Assembly (NCBI GenBank): GCA_963745035.1
Contig: CAVUVW010000012.1
Coordinates: 15,501 to 79,500 of the forward strand
Length of the DNA stretch: 64,000 nucleotides
Reading direction: 5' to 3'
From: an uncultured delta proteobacterium
Lineage (GTDB): Bacteria > Desulfobacterota > Binatia > UBA9968
Shown here: positions 63,184-64,000 of the stretch, piece by piece
Position numbering within the stretch: position 1 is the first letter of the stretch
How the letters are laid out: each line of letters begins with the position of its first letter
Translations under genes and position numbers: made by a program
Notes under the pieces: model-generated
Database searches by the model: none
What the model saw: the letters and a program-made list of their open reading frames with translations, nothing else
What the model was told of the DNA's origin: nothing

Positions 63184-63987
63184 TTATGGTCTACCAACAT
63201 GGCCGCCGAGTTGGAGTCCACGTCTCATACTCGGCGTGTAGTTTACGCATGATGCCAGATGGTGAGTTTCGCCGTGATGGTTGATCACGGGCAAATGTTT
63301 TCCACAAACAGATTCAAATGGAACCTCGGAGTTGTTCAAATGAACAGCAATTATGGATCTCCAGACTTGATACCCGGTTTTATTCATGTGCACGCTGTTG
63401 TTTGTATCGAACAGCTCTTTCCGAATCGTTCCCGTCTTATCGATCATTGGTGTGAAAACGTCAATGTATCTAATACGTTTGTGCTCGGTTGTGTATTGCT
63501 CAATTAATCTGTTTGAAGTCCTTATCCGATCTAAAAGCCAAGCCCGACCCGGACTGGGCTTGATCGAAACAAAACCCGTTGTGACATCCGGAAGTTCCAT
63601 TCGGAGCTTTTTCATAAAAAAGTCAAAATCGGTAAGTACTCTCTCCGGAGACCTACCCTTTACCAGATCATTTTCGCCAGCATAGAATACGATCATCTTG
63701 GGCTTGTACGGCACGATAATACGCCTAGAAAAGTACGTTACATCAGAGATTCCGCCTCCCTGAAAACCTCGACTTAGTACATAATGTGGTTCGAAATCCA
63801 CAGCCAAGCTCTTCCAATGTTCGATCGACGAGCTACCGGTAAATAAAATCGCGCCTGGTTTGGGCGGATTTCGGCGATCGTTCTCCTCAAAATTCCTGAC
63901 CTCTAGTTCTCGCCTACTGAAATCGTCGCCAGCGGCTATGATGGGCGATGCAAGAACCCATAACACAGCAAGGGTGATTTTTTTCAT
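63184..63987 (-). CDS. Secreted GDSL/SGNH hydrolase
   Basis: FTGSSSI, RGFQG, YAGEND, VHMN. Confidence 0.88.
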   Translation of the reverse strand: MKKITLAVLWVLASPIIAAGDDFSRRELEVRNFEENDRRNPPKPGAILFTGSSSIEHWKSLAVDFEPHYVLSRGFQGGGISDVTYFSRRIIVPYKPKMIVFYAGENDLVKGRSPERVLTDFDFFMKKLRMELPDVTTGFVSIKPSPGRAWLLDRIRTSNRLIEQYTTEHKRIRYIDVFTPMIDKTGTIRKELFDTNNSVHMNKTGYQVWRSIIAVHLNNSEVPFESVCGKHLPVINHHGETHHLASCVNYTPSMRRGLQLGGHVGRP

Positions 63988-64000
63988 ACCCACCATAGAA

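Noticed and set aside
1-64000. CRISPR array or cas genes
   Set aside because: No regularly spaced repeats or Cas motifs seen.

Overview
GC-rich bacterial window with three zones; the gene content suggests a soil Deltaproteobacteria/Binatia-like lineage (inference only). Many genes carry single-base frameshifts, most likely long-read indel errors. Zone 1 (1-21.9 kb, minus strand) is a Wzy-type exopolysaccharide operon: NusG/RfaH paralog, wza, wzc, six glycosyltransferases plus one more GT4, polymerase/ligase, methyltransferase and unusual tailoring enzymes. Zone 2 (22.6-53 kb) is a general-stress gene collection: CBS, SDR, hemerythrin, HtrA, two SODs, Pmp3, Hsp20-Lon, GH15, LigD, SRPBCC, DUF2934, DoxX, FtsH. 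About 11 intergenic, correctly oriented sigma54 -24/-12 motifs lie upstream of these genes and of the EPS operon. This zone also holds a solo IS3 OrfA-like gene behind a perfect sigma54 motif and a possible orphan IS110-type non-coding end upstream of an RRM gene. Zone 3 (53-64 kb) is a decayed integration hotspot: two inverted copies of a tRNA-Arg(ACG) fragment, integrase and terminase remnants, arm-type repeats and an attC site with a cassette-like gene. All calls come from reading the sequence; no database searches were run.
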